Part shown: one piece after another, positions 1 through 7,874 of the stretch | Layout: the number at the start of each line of letters is the position of its first letter | How positions within the stretch are numbered: the first letter of the stretch is position 1 | Source: a virus | Taxonomy: Duplodnaviria > Caudoviricetes | Direction: 5' to 3' (one strand) | DNA length: 41,633 nucleotides | IMG/VR virus record: IMGVR_UViG_3300037991_002153 | Location: 1-41,633 of that record | The notes under the pieces: model-generated | The model's input: only the letters and a program-made list of their open reading frames with translations | Database searches by the model: none | Told to the model about the DNA's origin: nothing | Translations under genes and position numbers: made by a program

Positions 1-412
1 ACCGATTTTTGTTAGAGTCTATGCCCATAACTAAGATCACTTGATAATCTGAGTTCTCAGAAGCAGTAGCTGCTAGGTCAACACCAATGTAAATATTGAT
101 AGGGATCGCATTATCCCCTTCTATTAAATAATTAAACTTTCCTTTATTTTCAACTCTTCCTTTGTAATACTGTATTCGATCTATCTTAAACGATGCATTA
201 GTAATATCTCTCGCATCATTCATATACTCCTGTGCAAACTTATTAACCAATCCTGCTTCGATAAACTCTCTTTTCTTTCCCTCTAGTTTTTTCATAGAGA
301 ATTGTTCTGGCCATATAGACTGATTATTTTCAATAGCCCTATGAAAGACAACACTCCAAGGATACTTTCTATTTTCTTCTTTTGCTTTGTTGTAACCATC
401 TACAACCATTTG
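1..412. repeat. Terminal assembly overlap (copy 1) = 41222-41633; circular contig
   Basis: Direct comparison: 412 bp identical except 10 transitions (positions 56,107,149,155,200,227,250,287,338,353); lies inside terL. Confidence 0.97.
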
Positions 413-1108
413 CAAGAAACTATCAAAATGTACAATCGTTCCAGACAGCCATATCCACCCCTCTTTGCCCGGAGTTTCCTCTAAGGCAGGGTACACTGTA
501 GATACGATCCATTTCTTAATATCTGCACGTCTTTCTGGCGTTTTAGTATTTAGTTCTGATTCAAAGTCATCAAGGACAATACCTGTATAACGAACATCCA
601 CTTCAGCACGACCTCTTAAACGCTGTGAAGTTCCTTTGGCAATCAAGCGATCTCCTTTAGGCGTTACAATATCTTTTTCAGTCCAACGCTTTCCTGCTGC
701 ACCTCCATCTAAATTGCCAAAATAGTATTTTAATCGTTTGTTCATTTCAAAATGATTTCTTAAATACTTTAAATGATCAATAGACTGACTCTGTTCTTCT
801 GACACCCATGCAATAAAGTGCTGCTCATCTTCTCTGGCAAAGACTAACTTGTGCATAATCGCTGCTTTTGAGAGTATAGACTTACCAAAACCTCTTGGCA
901 TAATAATACAAGTACGACTTCCTGCCTTTGTTGTGATTAATTTATCTGCTACGTCAAAGTGAAAGGAAGGAGAGGCTGACTTGTTTAAGAAATCGTTAGG
1001 TAAAAATGCCCTACCAAAGTAAATAAGACTTTTATAAGAGTTCGCAAGGACAGTATCTCGCCTTTTCATCTCCGATGGCGGGGGTGTTATGTTAAAATCG
1101 CTACTCAT
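1..1108 (-). CDS. terL: Terminase large subunit, N-terminal ATPase part (runs off the left end; continues at 41221-40734; about 531 aa in total)
   Basis: Manual translation from ATG at 1108: MSSDFNITPPPSEMKRRD...CIIMPRGFGKS (Walker A)...RYTGIVLDDFESE (Walker B); frame is continuous with the 40734-41630 ORF across the overlap; absent from the ORF track because it lacks a stop in this copy. Confidence 0.95.
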   Translation of the reverse strand, partial: MSSDFNITPPPSEMKRRDTVLANSYKSLIYFGRAFLPNDFLNKSASPSFHFDVADKLITTKAGSRTCIIMPRGFGKSILSKAAIMHKLVFAREDEQHFIAWVSEEQSQSIDHLKYLRNHFEMNKRLKYYFGNLDGGAAGKRWTEKDIVTPKGDRLIAKGTSQRLRGRAEVDVRYTGIVLDDFESELNTKTPERRADIKKWIVSTVYPALEETPGKEGWIWLSGTIVHFDSFLQMVVDGYNKAKEENRKYPWSVVFHRAIENNQSIWPEQFSMKKLEGKKREFIEAGLVNKFAQEYMNDARDITNASFKIDRIQYYKGRVENKGKFNYLIEGDNAIPINIYIGVDLAATASENSDYQVILVMGIDSNKNR

Positions 1109-1847
1109 CTAGCCGTTTGGGCGGTTCAGGGAGTATTCCTTGCTCAAATGCTTTTAATTTTTCTTTTGTAAAGCCAGTAAACTCTTGTATTAAAGCTACA
1201 GAGTCTACTTTTTTTTCTGTAGAAAGCATTCCTGATATTTTCATCAGTGTTTCTATTGCTCTAAGCTTATCATTGTCTCTTGTATCTCGTTTATCAACAA
1301 TATCTTTGGTGTTTTCAAGTAGGTATCGTTTTGTAATCCCTACTTCTGACATTAATTGTTCTACTTCCTTATCCACTGCTTGCCTCACTGTTTTGTTTTG
1401 CAATAATGCAAATGACCTCTGTTTAATATACGTTTCACTTGTTGTATCTGGGTATGCTTTTTTGTACGCTTCTTCTGGTTTCATGCCGTAAGCAACATAC
1501 TTTGCAAATAATCTCTTTTTATTTGTCATTGCAGAGTCTTTAGACAACTGATGACCATTCTTTCTTGCAAAGCGATACATTTCATTTTTTATTGTACCGC
1601 TTAACTTGTAATCAGATCTAATTAAAAACATACCAATAATAGTTCTTAAGTACTTTTGTTTATTATTACCAATGTCATTTCGTTTTAAAACCTGTACAAT
1701 CTTACTGTCATCGGTATGACACCACTCTCCTTCTTCTGCTATACGCCAATCGGATACTATGGGGGTGTTAGGGTGGTCTTGTCTAAATTCTTTTTCGGTA
1801 TCATAAGCTTTATGTACAATGCCTTTTACCTTTCTTTTATAAATCAT
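1101..1847 (-). CDS. terS: Terminase small subunit (with N-terminal extension)
   Basis: Directly upstream of and overlapping terL; TerS-type HTH MTNKKRLFAKYVAYGMKPEEAYKKAYP followed by helical oligomerisation segment ...DKLRAIETLMKISGML. Confidence 0.75.
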   Translation of the reverse strand: MIYKRKVKGIVHKAYDTEKEFRQDHPNTPIVSDWRIAEEGEWCHTDDSKIVQVLKRNDIGNNKQKYLRTIIGMFLIRSDYKLSGTIKNEMYRFARKNGHQLSKDSAMTNKKRLFAKYVAYGMKPEEAYKKAYPDTTSETYIKQRSFALLQNKTVRQAVDKEVEQLMSEVGITKRYLLENTKDIVDKRDTRDNDKLRAIETLMKISGMLSTEKKVDSVALIQEFTGFTKEKLKAFEQGILPEPPKRLDE

Positions 1848-1869
1848 ATACTAAATTTAATAAAAAAAC

Positions 1870-1899
1870 TTGACATCGCTATATAATTAAATATAAATT
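1870..1899 (+). promoter_or_regulatory. Putative sigma70-type promoter pointing into the AGTATATAT repeat tract
   Basis: TTGACA at 1870-1875 followed 16-18 nt later by TATAAA/TAAATT; region is very AT-rich so the -10 is weak evidence. Confidence 0.4.
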
Positions 1900-1930
1900 T
1901 ATTTAACAATTCTTAGTTTGCGGTTGAATT

Positions 1931-2037
1931 ATATAATAGTACTATAGTATATATAGTATATATAGTATATATAGTATATAATAGTATATATAGTAATATA
2001 GTATATATAGTATATAGTAGTATAGTATATATAGTAT
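1931..2037. repeat. Degenerate tandem array of 9-bp unit AGTATATAT (about 12 units)
   Basis: atagtatatatagtatatatagtatatatagt...; top strand nearly devoid of C; non-coding, between the divergent arms. Confidence 0.9.
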
Positions 2038-2240
2038 CCGCTTAGTAAAAGTAGTACCCGCCCAGCAAAACTTCCAAAAATTTTAAAAAAAAATATTAGT
2101 ATGTGTGTTTCTTTTTTATTTGTATAGGTCGCCCCCCCATTTGCAAATCAGGTTAGAAAAATTACGTTGACTTTTTGCTTTTTGTTTTGAGCACGTGACA
2201 AAATTAATTTACATAATTTAAAATAAATTGTAAAAAAAAT

Positions 2241-2268
2241 GGAACTTTTTGGAACTAGTAGCGTACAA
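2241..2268 (+). promoter_or_regulatory. Early promoter P1 (GGAAC-N17-GTACAA)
   Basis: Member of a 7-copy motif with invariant 17-nt spacer; upstream of the DUF932-like gene. Confidence 0.7.
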
Positions 2269-2386
2269 TTAATGTAATCAACATTAATTGATTTGCTTTT
2301 TGAAAATTTAGTTATCACCTGATCGTAGAAAGAAGGGTGATACATATCTTAATTAATTCTTAACTAACAAAAAGGAAAGGTACATT

Positions 2387-3349
2387 ATGTATACAAATAA
2401 CAATGACATAACAAATCTAGTAACAGTTACACAAAGCAACCAAGGCTCAGAAATAGCTGGTAACTTTGATAACATCTACGATAACAAACTAAATCCATTT
2501 ACAGAAGTTGTTAAGGTTCCCTTAAGTACTAATGATGGTGGATACTCTACGGCTTTTTCTGTAAGACTCCCAGAGTTAAACAAGGAAGTTGGAGTTGTTA
2601 AAAAGGAGTATATGGCTGTTAGTAATATAGATATCCATAAAGTTGGTCAGGCTATTAGGAATCAATCTAATATGCAATGGAAACATCTCAAATGTTTTTT
2701 TGACGGTAAGGTATTTAAAAACCAATATATTTGTGAGGATTCTGGATTACAAAAACAAGTGCCAAACATGGAAGCTGGGGACGTTATCGGAATAGTTATG
2801 GAAGAGCAAAACAGTTATGATAGTTCTGTAAGTGCTGGAATATTCTTTAGCTTTTTAAGGTTAGTTTGTACAAATGGAATGACCTCTAAAAAATATGGCT
2901 TTGGTCATACATTCAAACATACTCAAAAGAATATTGACTGGGAAGATAGTATCTACAGATCAGTTGGCCTGTTAAATGGTCAGACGCCTGAAGTAAAGTT
3001 GGATCAGTTTGTTCAGGCCTGTGGTCATTTACACAAATCAATTGACTTTCAGGATCTGGACATACTTACACATAGTAGGAAATATCTCAGAAATCTACCA
3101 GCTACACAGTATGGCCAGATTATTAGAAATATGATGCTAGCCAGAGAGAGCAACGGTGATCCAAAGTATGGTCACAATAACAGTAGTTACACTGGTTGGG
3201 ACTTGCTAAACTCAGGAACTGAGATACTAACTCACAAAAACAAAGCTACTCAGGGCAATATGAGAAACAATATCATAATGACTGACGGAATGTTACAATA
3301 TGGTATCGATCAACAAGATAATGAAAGGTTGTATAAATCATTCAATTAA
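2387..3349 (+). CDS. DUF932-family protein
   Basis: Signature NSYDSSVSAGIFFSFLRLVCTNGM...HT and C-terminal TGWDLLNSGTEILTH; strong RBS AAAGGAAAGG; own promoter and terminator. Confidence 0.8.
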   Translation: MYTNNNDITNLVTVTQSNQGSEIAGNFDNIYDNKLNPFTEVVKVPLSTNDGGYSTAFSVRLPELNKEVGVVKKEYMAVSNIDIHKVGQAIRNQSNMQWKHLKCFFDGKVFKNQYICEDSGLQKQVPNMEAGDVIGIVMEEQNSYDSSVSAGIFFSFLRLVCTNGMTSKKYGFGHTFKHTQKNIDWEDSIYRSVGLLNGQTPEVKLDQFVQACGHLHKSIDFQDLDILTHSRKYLRNLPATQYGQIIRNMMLARESNGDPKYGHNNSSYTGWDLLNSGTEILTHKNKATQGNMRNNIIMTDGMLQYGIDQQDNERLYKSFN

Positions 3350-3366
3350 CACAGTTGAGGAAAATG

Positions 3367-3394
3367 GGGAGCCGAAAGGCTCCCTTTTTTTTTT
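3367..3394 (+). terminator. Rho-independent terminator
   Basis: GGGAGCC-GAAA-GGCTCCC hairpin followed by T10. Confidence 0.93.
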
Positions 3395-3428
3395 ATAAAA
3401 ATTTTAAAAATTTATTTTTTATATTATT

Positions 3429-3540
3429 TTGTGCACGTAAGTAGGTTGTGCACGTAAGTAGAATTTACATAAATTAACTTATTTCTATAAAGTTTGTGCA
3501 CGTAGGTAGTTTATTTAATATTGTGCACGTACGTAGGTAG
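3429..3540. repeat. Four direct repeats TTGTGCACGTA(A/G)GTAG
   Basis: Copies at 3429-3444, 3446-3461, 3494-3509, 3521-3540 (last has a 4-bp internal duplication), within AT-rich intergenic DNA. Confidence 0.9.
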
Positions 3541-3675
3541 ATTTCACGCCTTATTATGATATATGTATCTTAAATACATTTACACAAATTAGTATATATT
3601 ATATAAGTTCTAAATATAATACACAACGCAACACACAACCCCCCGAAAAAATAATTAATTTTTTTTATTTATTTT

Positions 3676-3703
3676 GGAACCTTTTTAAATATTTAGAGTA
3701 TAC
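3676..3703 (+). promoter_or_regulatory. Early promoter P2 (GGAAC-N17-GTATAC)
   Basis: 7-copy motif; 30 nt upstream of ORF 3734. Confidence 0.75.
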
Positions 3704-3733
3704 TATATATAACAATTAACACGGGGTTTTAAA

Positions 3734-3928
3734 ATGTATTTTAAATATAGAAAAGAAATATATAAATATGTAGAACTAGATAAAAAATATAGCAATCATA
3801 AAAAACAAGTTTGGGTTTGGTTGGAGTCTCTAGAGTCAAAAAGAGACCTTGCAAGACAAGGAAAACTAAAAAGGTTCTGTGTTCCGTTTGCATTGTGTGA
3901 GTACAAACCAAATTATAAAATAAATTAA
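3734..3928 (+). CDS. Hypothetical early protein
   Basis: Preceded by motif promoter and GGGGT RBS. Confidence 0.7.
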   Translation: MYFKYRKEIYKYVELDKKYSNHKKQVWVWLESLESKRDLARQGKLKRFCVPFALCEYKPNYKIN

Positions 3929-3937
3929 AAAAACTTT

Positions 3938-3965
3938 GGAACAATTTATTAATTAATTAGTATAA
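3938..3965 (+). promoter_or_regulatory. Early promoter P3 (GGAAC-N17-GTATAA)
   Basis: 7-copy motif; upstream of ORF 4001. Confidence 0.8.
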
Positions 3966-4000
3966 GTAATATAAACAATAAAATAATATAGGGGTATGTT

Positions 4001-4642
4001 ATGAATAAAAAAACAGCTATGCAGATTGTAGGCAGTGGTTTAAGTAATACAGAAAAAATGCCGTCATATAGTTTTAACTTGTCGGCAAAAGATTGTGTAA
4101 CAGGATCAAAGCTAGTAAATGTAGAAGGTTCTGTATGTGAGGGGTGTTATGCATTAAAAGGTAATTATGTAAGATATAAACACGTAGACAAGTTGAGACC
4201 CAAAACCCTTAAATTAAAAGAGATTCTTTGGGTGAATGCTATGGTTTATTTGATACAGAACCAAGGGAACCAAAAAGATAAAAATTATTTTAGGTGGCAC
4301 GATTCAGGGGATTTACAGAACGTAACTCATTTACAGAAAATAGTTGAAGTGTGTAAAAGAACACCAAATGTAAAACATTGGTTACCGACAAGGGAATATA
4401 AATTTGTTACCGATTATATTAAGACATATGGAGACCTGCCTAAGAATTTAATTATAAGGTTGTCATCTCATATGAACGACACAAAACCACCTAAGATACA
4501 GAACTTAAACACATCCACAGTACATAAAAATAAACAGGCGTTAGGTGTCGAGTGTCCCTCATATAAAAATAAGGGTAAATGTGGAGATTGTAGGATGTGT
4601 TGGAATTCTAAGATAGATAACATATCGTATAAGTGGCATTAA
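4001..4642 (+). CDS. GP88-family (gene product 88-like) Cys-rich protein
   Basis: KMPSYSFNLSAKDCVTGS...CEGCYA, YFRWHDSGD, HWLPTRE, IRLS, CP...CGDCRMCW motifs. Confidence 0.8.
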   Translation: MNKKTAMQIVGSGLSNTEKMPSYSFNLSAKDCVTGSKLVNVEGSVCEGCYALKGNYVRYKHVDKLRPKTLKLKEILWVNAMVYLIQNQGNQKDKNYFRWHDSGDLQNVTHLQKIVEVCKRTPNVKHWLPTREYKFVTDYIKTYGDLPKNLIIRLSSHMNDTKPPKIQNLNTSTVHKNKQALGVECPSYKNKGKCGDCRMCWNSKIDNISYKWH

Positions 4643-4669
4643 TTTACAGAAATAAAATAAAAATATTTT

Positions 4670-4697
4670 GGAACTAATTAAAAAGACAAGCATATAA
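4670..4697 (+). promoter_or_regulatory. Early promoter P4 (GGAAC-N17-ATATAA)
   Basis: 7-copy motif with one mismatch in the -10; upstream of ORF 4727. Confidence 0.65.
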
Positions 4698-4726
4698 TTA
4701 TTAACAAAACAACTAAGGGGTTTAAA

Positions 4727-5065
4727 ATGTTATTAATGAAAAAACCTAAAGAGAGATATTTAAATCATTATAATGAACTATTAAACAAAACTAAGGGGTA
4801 TAAAATGAAACTAAGTAAAGAGCAAATAAAAGAAATAAAAGAGTTAACTCATTATAATAATCATACATTAGCCAGATTAGAAATAGCAAGAGCATTAAGA
4901 AGTAATACTCATATAAAATTTTACCAAGCTATTGATAACTTGCATAGTATATATGGACATTTACCAAGAGAGTTATCAATATTAAGGGATAAGATGGAGC
5001 CTAAGTTTGTAGACTTGCTAAGAAATAGATTAGAGAATTTTAAAGAAGTATACGGGGCTTTATAA
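4727..5065 (+). CDS. Hypothetical protein with two in-frame starts (4727, 4805)
   Basis: Each ATG is preceded by a near-identical CTAAGGGGT(T/A)TAAAATG leader. Confidence 0.75.
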   Translation: MLLMKKPKERYLNHYNELLNKTKGYKMKLSKEQIKEIKELTHYNNHTLARLEIARALRSNTHIKFYQAIDNLHSIYGHLPRELSILRDKMEPKFVDLLRNRLENFKEVYGAL

Positions 5066-5284
5066 ATGGATTGGGTTATAGAAAAACTAAATAGTGAAGT
5101 AATACGAAAGCAGATCAGGGACAGGAGCCAACACAAAAGAGAGGCTAGGTTACTTAAGTTTTGTAAGTTGTGTAAGCGAGTGTATCAGAAGGATTTTACT
5201 TCACCCAAGGACGTATATTATGATAGCTTATGTAGTTACAAATTACCTAGAGAAAATTGCCAAAAATGTAGGAGTGTAAAATGA
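5066..5284 (+). CDS. Small Zn-ribbon protein
   Basis: CKLC...CQKC; abuts neighbours in operon. Confidence 0.65.
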   Translation: MDWVIEKLNSEVIRKQIRDRSQHKREARLLKFCKLCKRVYQKDFTSPKDVYYDSLCSYKLPRENCQKCRSVK

Positions 5285-5475
5285 TTTTATATTTATTAGC
5301 TGAGTTGGAAAGAAAAATAGAGAGTATGTTTTCCTTAACTGAAGGTGCAAACGAGGATATGAGTAAACAAGATTTATTAATGGTTATTCGCAATTTATCT
5401 GATCGCATAGAACAAGCCGATAAGGACGTAAAAATAATCCTAAAGAAAAGAAAGTATTTTAGAAATGCCATATAA
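5281..5475 (+). CDS. Hypothetical protein
   Basis: AGGAG RBS; ATGA overlap with upstream gene. Confidence 0.65.
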   Translation: MILYLLAELERKIESMFSLTEGANEDMSKQDLLMVIRNLSDRIEQADKDVKIILKKRKYFRNAI

Positions 5476-5815
5476 AAATATTATAGATACCCTGATAAAG
5501 TATTATGATCTGAAAAGTAAGATAACTTACACAAATGATAATAACTTTGGTAACTACATAGCTGAGACAGACACAATAGTACTTCGTAAAAAGTATGATA
5601 ACTTACACGAATTTCTAATGTCAATCTTGCACGAGATAAAACACGCCTTAGATCGCAAAAGATTAGGTAGGCGTAAGTTTATTAAGAAATACAATCAAGC
5701 AGGGAATATGGCTATAAATCAAGGCTTAGATCCCTATGTTTATAATAAGTGGGAGATCAAGGCAGAAAGGTATGCAGAAAATAATTTTAAAAAGTGGGAA
5801 CATTTAATTAATTAA
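5465..5815 (+). CDS. Minimal zincin-like metallopeptidase (ImmA/IrrE-like HExxH)
   Basis: ILHEIKHALD motif with downstream NKWEIKAERYA third-ligand helix. Confidence 0.7.
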   Translation: MPYKNIIDTLIKYYDLKSKITYTNDNNFGNYIAETDTIVLRKKYDNLHEFLMSILHEIKHALDRKRLGRRKFIKKYNQAGNMAINQGLDPYVYNKWEIKAERYAENNFKKWEHLIN

Positions 5816-5824
5816 TGAGTATAA
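5797..5824 (+). promoter_or_regulatory. Early promoter P5 (GGAAC-N17-GTATAA)
   Basis: 7-copy motif; overlaps 3' end of ORF 5465. Confidence 0.8.
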
Positions 5825-5849
5825 TAGTAAAACAACAGGGGTAAATAAA

Positions 5850-6038
5850 ATGAAAGTAAAAGACCTAATTAAAAAGCTAGAACAAATAAGAGATAAAAAC
5901 TTACCTGTAGTAGTTGCAGACATTGAAGATAGTTCAGGTGATTTTCCTAATTATTGGGTGGAAGATATAGAGGAACACAAAACAGGGTCTAGTGGATATG
6001 AAATAGAAGGCGAAATAAGACTAGTAACGAGTCAATAA
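5850..6038 (+). CDS. Hypothetical early protein (MKVKDLIKKLE-type)
   Basis: Promoter plus GGGGTA RBS; N-terminus typical of small phage proteins. Confidence 0.8.
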   Translation: MKVKDLIKKLEQIRDKNLPVVVADIEDSSGDFPNYWVEDIEEHKTGSSGYEIEGEIRLVTSQ

Positions 6039-6065
6039 TAAAAACAACAAAAAGGAGAGTAAATA

Positions 6066-6341
6066 ATGAACATATTACACAAAATGGTTGATCCTCATAA
6101 CGTATTTGGATTTAACTACATACTAGAAAATAATGATTACTACATAGATATATCGTGTAAAAACGATGAAAATAGTAAATGGGTAAAAGATATTTATATC
6201 AATAAAAAGACTCACCCTGATGATGTAAGTATGCAAGAAAGAGAACTCGTGCTTGGTGAAAGTTATGAAGTTGTTATGGTAACGAATGAAGATATAAAAA
6301 TAGTAAAAGGTTGTAGGATTCCTTATTATGGTACAAAATAA
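6066..6341 (+). CDS. Hypothetical early protein
   Basis: AAAGGAG RBS. Confidence 0.75.
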   Translation: MNILHKMVDPHNVFGFNYILENNDYYIDISCKNDENSKWVKDIYINKKTHPDDVSMQERELVLGESYEVVMVTNEDIKIVKGCRIPYYGTK

Positions 6342-6344
6342 TTT

Positions 6345-6372
6345 GGAACTTTTTAAAGCTTGTAATGTATAA
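6345..6372 (+). promoter_or_regulatory. Early promoter P6 (GGAAC-N17-GTATAA)
   Basis: 7-copy motif; upstream of ORF 6401. Confidence 0.8.
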
Positions 6373-6400
6373 TAATAAACAAACAAAAAGGAGTTAAGTA

Positions 6401-6643
6401 ATGAATCGTGATAAGAAACTTGGCAAGGTTTACATTGACATAGACGAATCAGATGCTAATGAGTTAATGTATGAGGAGCGTGATTTTGACTGGTGTTTTC
6501 CAGTCTATGATAAAAACAATAAAAGAGTAGGTTATGTAGATGTTGCAATAGGTAGAACCATAACAGAGCCAGAAACTGAAATGCTAGAAGAAGTAGTTCG
6601 TTTAGCAGGAGATGGTGAAGGTAGACTAAAGGGAGAAAATTAA
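6401..6643 (+). CDS. Hypothetical acidic protein
   Basis: Promoter plus AAAGGAG RBS. Confidence 0.75.
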   Translation: MNRDKKLGKVYIDIDESDANELMYEERDFDWCFPVYDKNNKRVGYVDVAIGRTITEPETEMLEEVVRLAGDGEGRLKGEN

Positions 6644-6645
6644 TT

Positions 6646-6873
6646 ATGATAACAGATAGGGATATGATGCTAGATGAACTAGCTGATGAAATGTTTCCAA
6701 TGCTATTGGAACTTATAAGTGATCGTAACTTTTATGATACTTATATTAAGAAAGCGATCATAGAAGAATTAGTTGCAGGACATGATATAACTTACAGAGA
6801 TGCGAAAGATCTTGCCTATTCTTTCAGGCATACACTATTCGCTAGAATAAATAAGGGGGTAAAGAATGTATAG
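6646..6873 (+). CDS. Hypothetical protein
   Basis: GGGAG RBS; operonic spacing. Confidence 0.7.
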   Translation: MITDRDMMLDELADEMFPMLLELISDRNFYDTYIKKAIIEELVAGHDITYRDAKDLAYSFRHTLFARINKGVKNV

Positions 6874-7093
6874 TGATTGTTGTGGTTCAGTCGCTTGGAA
6901 TGATGATATTAGTGAGGATGGATGGGGTAGGTGCTTAGAATGTATGGAGCCTGCTGAGTTCCCATTAGAGCCAACGAAACAAGATATGATTGATAGTATT
7001 GAATCGTATCTAAAATCAGAACCAAGTGTAACTCGTACAGTTAAGAATGATTTACAGAAGTTAGTAAACGATATGAAAAAGGAGCGATATTAA
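6866..7093 (+). CDS. Small Zn-binding protein
   Basis: SDCCGS...CLECMEPAEF; GGGGGT RBS. Confidence 0.75.
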   Translation: MYSDCCGSVAWNDDISEDGWGRCLECMEPAEFPLEPTKQDMIDSIESYLKSEPSVTRTVKNDLQKLVNDMKKERY

Positions 7094-7094
7094 A

Positions 7095-7169
7095 ATGTTA
7101 AAACCAATTCTATTTTTAATTATAGGTATGTTGATCATAGCCTATTACAAATACAAGGAGATAAAATGA
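7095..7169 (+). CDS. 24-aa membrane microprotein MLKPILFLIIGMLIIAYYKYKEIK
   Basis: Below the ORF-track cutoff; AAGGAG RBS; fills the gap exactly with ATGA overlap to the next gene. Confidence 0.6.
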   Translation: MLKPILFLIIGMLIIAYYKYKEIK

Positions 7170-7384
7170 GTAAAGAAAAGGATACTACCCATAGAGCAAT
7201 ACTAAGAAGTAATCCTCATAAAATGGTAAAACTACCTAGAGAAGTAATAGAAGAATTAGGTTGGAAGATAGACGAGAAATTAATTGTTGAAGTATGTGAT
7301 GCTGGGAATATGGAAATGGAAGAATGGAGAGAGGTTGTAATAGTAAAAGAATCTGATAAAGATAAAATCTATAAGGAGATTTAA
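7166..7384 (+). CDS. AbrB/MazE/SpoVT-like DNA-binding protein
   Basis: MVKLPREVIEELGWKIDEKLIVEV matches the swapped-hairpin consensus (IPkei.e.LGl..Gd.l.v). Confidence 0.7.
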   Translation: MSKEKDTTHRAILRSNPHKMVKLPREVIEELGWKIDEKLIVEVCDAGNMEMEEWREVVIVKESDKDKIYKEI

Positions 7385-7386
7385 AT

Positions 7387-7734
7387 ATGAAATCTAAAGA
7401 TTATAAAAAGTTTAGGGAAGAATTTATTGAGGAAACTTTTGAATTGAGTGATGCAAAAAGAATCGAATATACAGAAGGGAATCAGGATATAGATGTGCAT
7501 ACAAATTTCAGAAGGATCGGAGATGAGTTAGGATTAAATCCAGTAAAGGTGTTAGCAGTTTATTTAATTAAACATTTCAAGTCGCTACTAACCTTTTTTA
7601 AATTAGGTCAAACATTTAGCAACGAGTCATTAAGATCAAGAGTAAGTGACATTGTAAACTACCTGATCTTATTACTTAGCTATTTGCATTACGAAGATAT
7701 GAAAGAAAGTGACGATAGTCCTGAGAATCGATAG
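7387..7734 (+). CDS. Nucleotide-modification-associated domain 1 (DUF1599/Nmad1, MazG-like helical fold)
   Basis: KRIEYT...DVHTNFRR...YLIKH...ESLRSRVSDIVNYLILL pattern. Confidence 0.65.
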   Translation: MKSKDYKKFREEFIEETFELSDAKRIEYTEGNQDIDVHTNFRRIGDELGLNPVKVLAVYLIKHFKSLLTFFKLGQTFSNESLRSRVSDIVNYLILLLSYLHYEDMKESDDSPENR

Positions 7735-7742
7735 GAGTTTAT

Positions 7743-7874
7743 ATGACTTGGTATTATATTATGGAAGTATTACAGACACAAGCATTTGATACAATTATAC
7801 AGACAATGATGTGGGTATCGTTATGGGTGTTTGTGATCATTAGGTTGAATAGAATAGAGGAAAAGATTAAATGA
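7743..7874 (+). CDS. 43-aa putative membrane protein
   Basis: AGGAG RBS; MTWYYIMEVLQTQAFDTIIQTMMWVSLWVFVIIRLNRIEEKIK; ATGA overlap with the next gene. Confidence 0.6.
   Translation: MTWYYIMEVLQTQAFDTIIQTMMWVSLWVFVIIRLNRIEEKIK

Noticed and set aside
302-1491. + strand ORFs 302-484 and 1117-1491
   Set aside because: Antisense shadows of terL and terS
1931-2037. Repeat tract as a coding microprotein
   Set aside because: No start codon with RBS giving a convincing frame; TAG stops are frequent
3429-3540. Repeats as a mini-CRISPR array
   Set aside because: Units are only 16 bp with gaps of 1, 32 and 11 nt; not regular repeat-spacer structure
2148-6386. - strand ORFs 2148-2345, 3741-3944, 4921-5136, 5247-5471, 6123-6386
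   Set aside because: Antisense to promoter/RBS-supported early genes or leaders; low-complexity F/I/L composition typical of AT-rich shadows
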